Program-made: the position numbers and the translations under genes
NCBI GenBank assembly: GCA_040768745.1
Contig: JAXGMI010000002.1
Coordinates: 96,001-160,000 of the forward strand
Reading direction: 5' to 3'
Source of the DNA: Desulfomicrobium sp.
GTDB lineage: Bacteria; Desulfobacterota; Desulfovibrionia; Desulfovibrionales; Desulfomicrobiaceae
DNA: 64,000 nucleotides
Shown here: in pieces, positions 59,949 to 64,000 of the stretch
Layout: the number at the start of each line of letters is the position of its first letter
Position numbering within the stretch: the first letter of the stretch is position 1
The notes under the pieces: model-generated
Told to the model about the DNA's origin: nothing
The model's input: the letters and a program-made list of their open reading frames with translations, nothing else
Database searches by the model: none

Positions 59949-60845
59949 ATGCGTGTTCAATGCCCTGAGTGCAACACCAAGTATAATCTGGATGAACAAA
60001 GGCTCGGCCCTGGCGGCAGCAAAGTGCGATGCACACGGTGTCAGCATGTGTTCATGGCCTTCAAGCCCGGCATGCCCGTGGATGAACCCAAGGCTGCGTC
60101 GCAGTCCACAAAATCCACAATCAGCGATTCCTTCGAAGACGAATTGGCTGCCATGTTTGAGCACAAAAAGCCGGCCCCTGCAGCCAAGGCGCCGGTGGAC
60201 GAAAAAATGCTCGCCGACCTGCAAGGTGCTTTCCAGCAGCCGCTCATTGAATCCACCGGCAAACACGATGGGCTTGATGAGGACCAGCAGCCCCAAAAAA
60301 ACAAATCTGGCAAAGTATGGTCTGTCCTTTTTGTTCTCCTTGCGCTGCTGCTTGCAGCTGGAGCGGGAATCTATTTTCTGAAACCGTCCCTCATCGGTCT
60401 GCCCACTCCTGACCCGACAGCTCCGGTCCAGCCAGAGGCCCCCACAAAGGAGGGCGTGGCCCAGATTGCCCTGGAAAACGTGCGTCAGTATTTTGTGCCC
60501 AATGACAAGGAAGGCCAGCTTTTCATCATCGAAGGCAAGGCCGTGAACCGTTTTGCCGAGCCCAGAGAGCTGATTCGTCTCAAGGCCTCGCTTTTTGACA
60601 AGCAGGGTGTGGAGGTTGCCGCGCAGGAATTTATGTGCGGGAATGTTGTTTCCCTGTACCAGCTCCAGGTCTCAACCCGGCAGGACATTGAGGCCGCCCT
60701 TGCGGCCAAGGTCGGCATCTTGACCAACAACACCAATGTCCAGCCCGGATCTTCAGTCCCGTTTATGGTTGTATTTTTCAAGGCCCCTGATTCAGTCGAA
60801 GAATTCGGGTTGGAGGTGATCCAATCAAGTTCTCCGCAAAAATAG
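59949..60845 (+). CDS. Zinc-ribbon / DUF3426 membrane protein
   Basis: CPEC..KVRCTRC N-terminus, one TM helix, C-terminal PFMVVF. Confidence 0.85.
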   Translation: MRVQCPECNTKYNLDEQRLGPGGSKVRCTRCQHVFMAFKPGMPVDEPKAASQSTKSTISDSFEDELAAMFEHKKPAPAAKAPVDEKMLADLQGAFQQPLIESTGKHDGLDEDQQPQKNKSGKVWSVLFVLLALLLAAGAGIYFLKPSLIGLPTPDPTAPVQPEAPTKEGVAQIALENVRQYFVPNDKEGQLFIIEGKAVNRFAEPRELIRLKASLFDKQGVEVAAQEFMCGNVVSLYQLQVSTRQDIEAALAAKVGILTNNTNVQPGSSVPFMVVFFKAPDSVEEFGLEVIQSSSPQK

Positions 60846-60879
60846 GCATGTGGCAGGCTCCAGCCTGCCATTCTTTTTT

Positions 60880-62232
60880 ATGAAGCAAAAAACCGTGTAC
60901 GTCTGCTCTGCCTGCAGCGCGGTGACCCCACGCTGGCAGGGGCAGTGCGCCAAATGCCAGTCCTGGAACACCCTGCAAGCCGTGGCGCAGAATGTGGCGC
61001 CTTTGCAAGGCCTGACCTCCAACCGACCCGTGGACCTGCGCCATCTTCCCCCCCATCAGGAGACCAGGATCGGCTCCGAGCTTTCAGGCCTTGATGGGAT
61101 TCTGGGAAGTGGTTTTGTTCCTGGTGGTGTCATCCTGCTGGGCGGTGAGCCGGGCATCGGAAAATCCACGCTGCTCTTGCAGGTGACTTCCTCCATGGAG
61201 CAGTCTGGCAAGGCCGTCGTCTATGTGTCAGGAGAGGAGTCTCTCTCCCAGATCCGCAGCCGGGCGGAACGCCTGGGCATGCTTGGCAGCAGTCTGACCG
61301 CCATGGCCACGAATCAGGTTGACGACATTTTGAACTGCATGGAAGACCGGCCGGACCTTCTTGTCGTGGATTCCGTCCAGACCATGGCTTCATCCAAGGC
61401 AGAGGGTCTGCCCGGTTCCGTCAGCCAGGTTCGGGCCGTCTCTACAGCTCTGGTGGAACGTGCCAAACAGACCGGAGTCCCGGTCATCCTTGTGGGTCAC
61501 GTGACCAAGGATGGGCAGATAGCGGGGCCGAAATTGTTGGAACATATGGTGGATACAGTGCTCTATCTGGAGGGAGACAAAGAGCATCTGTTCCGCATCC
61601 TGCGCGTGGTCAAGAACCGCTTCGGGCCATCCAATGAACTCCTCCTTTTTGAGATGAAAGAGAAGGGCATGATGGTCATCGAAGACCCTTCCACTTTTTT
61701 TCTGCAGGCCCGGGATACGGCCCTGTCCGGCACAGCCCTGGTCATGTCCATGGAGTCCCAGCGGCCTTTCGTGGTCGAGGTGCAGGCCCTGGTTACCCGC
61801 ACCTTCCTGGCTTTTCCCCGGCGCACCGCCCTTGGCTTTGACGCCAATCGTCTGCACCTGCTCATCGCGGTGATGGAGAAACGTCTGCAGGTCAATTTCG
61901 GGCAAATGGATGTCTATGCCAAGGTTGGTGGGGGGTTGCGCATGAAGGATCCAGGCCTGGACTTGGGCATCGTGGCGGCCATCCTATCCTCATTGCACGA
62001 CCGTGCGTTGCCCGAAGGGGCGGTTTTCTGGGGGGAGGTGGACCTGAATGGGCAGATCAGGCCGGTCAGCGGGCACGAGGTGAGACTGAGGCAGGCCGCG
62101 AATCTGGGGTACGCGCCGGTGGTCCACCCCAAAAGCGGGGATAAAAAAAGCTCTGGATGGACCCGGATTGCCGATGTCCAGCAGACACTTTTCGGTGCGA
62201 GGGACGGGAAGATGGGGCAGAGGGTGGACTAG
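60880..62232 (+). CDS. radA: DNA repair protein RadA/Sms
   Basis: C4 zinc finger, GEPGIGKST, KNRFG, Lon-like C-terminus. Confidence 0.96.
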   Translation: MKQKTVYVCSACSAVTPRWQGQCAKCQSWNTLQAVAQNVAPLQGLTSNRPVDLRHLPPHQETRIGSELSGLDGILGSGFVPGGVILLGGEPGIGKSTLLLQVTSSMEQSGKAVVYVSGEESLSQIRSRAERLGMLGSSLTAMATNQVDDILNCMEDRPDLLVVDSVQTMASSKAEGLPGSVSQVRAVSTALVERAKQTGVPVILVGHVTKDGQIAGPKLLEHMVDTVLYLEGDKEHLFRILRVVKNRFGPSNELLLFEMKEKGMMVIEDPSTFFLQARDTALSGTALVMSMESQRPFVVEVQALVTRTFLAFPRRTALGFDANRLHLLIAVMEKRLQVNFGQMDVYAKVGGGLRMKDPGLDLGIVAAILSSLHDRALPEGAVFWGEVDLNGQIRPVSGHEVRLRQAANLGYAPVVHPKSGDKKSSGWTRIADVQQTLFGARDGKMGQRVD

Positions 62233-63497
62233 TCGGTCCAGTCCTTGCTGTCTTTGCCACGCGGTTTGGCCCGCGTAGCCTTGATCTTGCGCAGCCAGAG
62301 ATTCAGACGCTCTTCATGACCCAGCGCCTTGGCCTGATAGAATATTCTGCCTTTGAGTTCAGGGGGCAGGTAGTCTTGTTCTGTCCAGCCTTCCGGGTAG
62401 GCATGCGGATATTTGTAGCCCTGCCCGTAGCCCCACTCCTTTTGCAGGCTGGTGGAGGCGTTGCGCAGGTGCAGAGGCACGGGCCGGGGGCCGTTGGAGC
62501 GGATCTCCTTTAATGCCGACAGGTAGCCCGCGTATGCAGAATTACTCTTCGGGGCCAGGGCCAGATAGACCGTGGTCTCGGCCATGGGGATCCAGCCTTC
62601 GGGCATACCGATGCGGTCCACAGCCTGTTCGCAGGCCACGGCCAGGGGCATGGCCATGGGGTCGGCCAAGCCCACGTCTTCAGAAGCAGAAAGGATCAGA
62701 CGGCGGCAGATGAAGCGGGGATCCTCGCCTGTTTCCACCAGGCAGGCCAGATAGTAGAGAGCCGCGTCAGGATCTGATCCGCGGATGGATTTGATCAGGG
62801 CCGAGGCCAGTTCATAATGAGAGTCACCTTCCCGGTCTCCCCGCAGCACCAGCTCCGGCAGCCTGCCTTTGAGATGTTCAGGGTCCAGTTCCCTGTCCTC
62901 AAGTCCTGAGGCGAACTCGACCAGGTTGAGCATGGTCCGGGCATCACCCCCCGCCAATGTGGCCAGAAGCTCCAGGCTCTTTTCCGGAAGGTTCCGTTGG
63001 AGCCTCTCCATGCCACGCTTTCCCACGTCGATGAGCTCCATCATGCCCAACGATCTCAGTCGGAGCACGTGCAGCCTGGACAGCAGTTGCCGGGTTACGC
63101 TGAAGGACGGATTTTCCGTGGTCGTGGCGATGAGGGTCAATTCCCCGGTTTCGAGCAGGGGCAGGAAAAAATCCTGCTGCACCTTGGAGTAGCGATGCAG
63201 TTCGTCCAGGATGAGGATCTCCTTTTCCTGGATCTGCTTGCGCAGGGCGGTAATGCCCACGTCCGGAGCGCTGACCCTCACGAAGGATTTGCCGCTGTGC
63301 TTGGCGAGCAGAAGGGCCACCGTGGACTTGCCGCACCCTGGGGGGCCGAAGAGAAGCAGGCTCGGCAGGTCCTTGGATTGCATCAGGGTACGCAGGCGCT
63401 GCCGAAAGTGGCTTTGCCCGATGAAGTCGTCGAGGGATTGGGGCCGCAGGGACTCGGCCAGGGGACGTTTCGGGGACACAGTCCCTTCTTTGCTCAT
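62229..63497 (-). CDS. rarA: Replication-associated recombination protein A
   Basis: PLAE.LRP, GPPGCGKST, TTENP, KSIRGSD.DA, SEDVGLAD; start may be GTG 63479. Confidence 0.93.
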   Translation of the reverse strand: MSKEGTVSPKRPLAESLRPQSLDDFIGQSHFRQRLRTLMQSKDLPSLLLFGPPGCGKSTVALLLAKHSGKSFVRVSAPDVGITALRKQIQEKEILILDELHRYSKVQQDFFLPLLETGELTLIATTTENPSFSVTRQLLSRLHVLRLRSLGMMELIDVGKRGMERLQRNLPEKSLELLATLAGGDARTMLNLVEFASGLEDRELDPEHLKGRLPELVLRGDREGDSHYELASALIKSIRGSDPDAALYYLACLVETGEDPRFICRRLILSASEDVGLADPMAMPLAVACEQAVDRIGMPEGWIPMAETTVYLALAPKSNSAYAGYLSALKEIRSNGPRPVPLHLRNASTSLQKEWGYGQGYKYPHAYPEGWTEQDYLPPELKGRIFYQAKALGHEERLNLWLRKIKATRAKPRGKDSKDWTD

Positions 63498-63973
63498 GAG
63501 GCGGCAAAAGCTGCGCCGACGCATTGAAGCAGGAGGAGGGCTTCAGGGCCATGGGCCGAAAGGTCCACGGTACGTGTTTCCCCTGACACGGACCAGGCCA
63601 TGTCGATGCGGGAGTCAGGCAGGATGTCTGCCGGCAGATGTTCGGCCCATTCCACAATGCAAAAATGGTCGGGTGCACAGAGGATCTCCTCCAGGTCGGA
63701 TCCAAATCCTTGTCCTTCTGTGCGGTACAGGTCGAAATGTCCCACAAGCGGGGTAGTGGGATAGAGGTTGAGGATATTGAAGCTCGGGCTGCTGACTTCC
63801 GACCCTGCGCTGCCGGGCAGCTCCTGCACCAGGGAACGCACAAAGGTCGTCTTGCCGGCCCCCAGCTGGCCACGCATGAGTACAGGGGGGAAGGAGGAAC
63901 CTTTCGTGATACACGCGGCAAATGCCTTGGCCAGGTTCGCCGTCGCCCCCAAGGAGTTCAGGATCAGGATCAT
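63494..63973 (-). CDS. tsaE: tRNA threonylcarbamoyladenosine biosynthesis ATPase
   Basis: G.LGAGKTT, VSSPSF, HFDLYR, VEW. Confidence 0.93.
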   Translation of the reverse strand: MILILNSLGATANLAKAFAACITKGSSFPPVLMRGQLGAGKTTFVRSLVQELPGSAGSEVSSPSFNILNLYPTTPLVGHFDLYRTEGQGFGSDLEEILCAPDHFCIVEWAEHLPADILPDSRIDMAWSVSGETRTVDLSAHGPEALLLLQCVGAAFAAS

Positions 63974-64000
63974 GGGTTGGGGATCAACGTCTTGATGATG

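Noticed and set aside
63970..64000. Last codons of a gene upstream of tsaE (..IIKTLIPNP-stop)
   Set aside because: Too short to identify.

Overview
High-GC chromosomal window from a sulfate-reducing deltaproteobacterium; gene content and order suggest Desulfovibrionales, perhaps Desulfomicrobium-like (inference). Most of it is housekeeping: a split glutamate synthase operon, shikimate kinase, murI, pcnB, uvrC, an aspartate kinase, a yejABEF-type ABC transporter, Trk/Ktr K+ uptake, glpX-tkt-rpiB, an RpoH-like sigma factor, a MetH-like protein, hpt, radA, rarA and tsaE. The best hidden signal is a 66-aa dual-CxxC selenoprotein gene at 20838-21038, absent from the ORF track. It has an in-frame UGA followed by a SECIS-like hairpin and is translationally coupled inside an operon that also encodes an uncharacterised RuvC-like protein and an HDOD protein. 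A decaying accessory patch at about 27.6-33.4 kb holds a frameshifted cytochrome b, an ompA split by an IS1634-family element, and a low-GC PEP-CTERM gene split by an IS3/IS481-like element. That IS now reads in frame into the PEP-CTERM tail, and the gene keeps a sigma-54 promoter with two TGT-N11-ACA boxes. Also present: an intact IS66 with a 10-bp target duplication, a REP-like 27-bp palindrome, and an HDOD-kinase plus FlhG/pseudo-receiver module outside any flagellar cluster. No rRNA, tRNA or CRISPR array was recognised.
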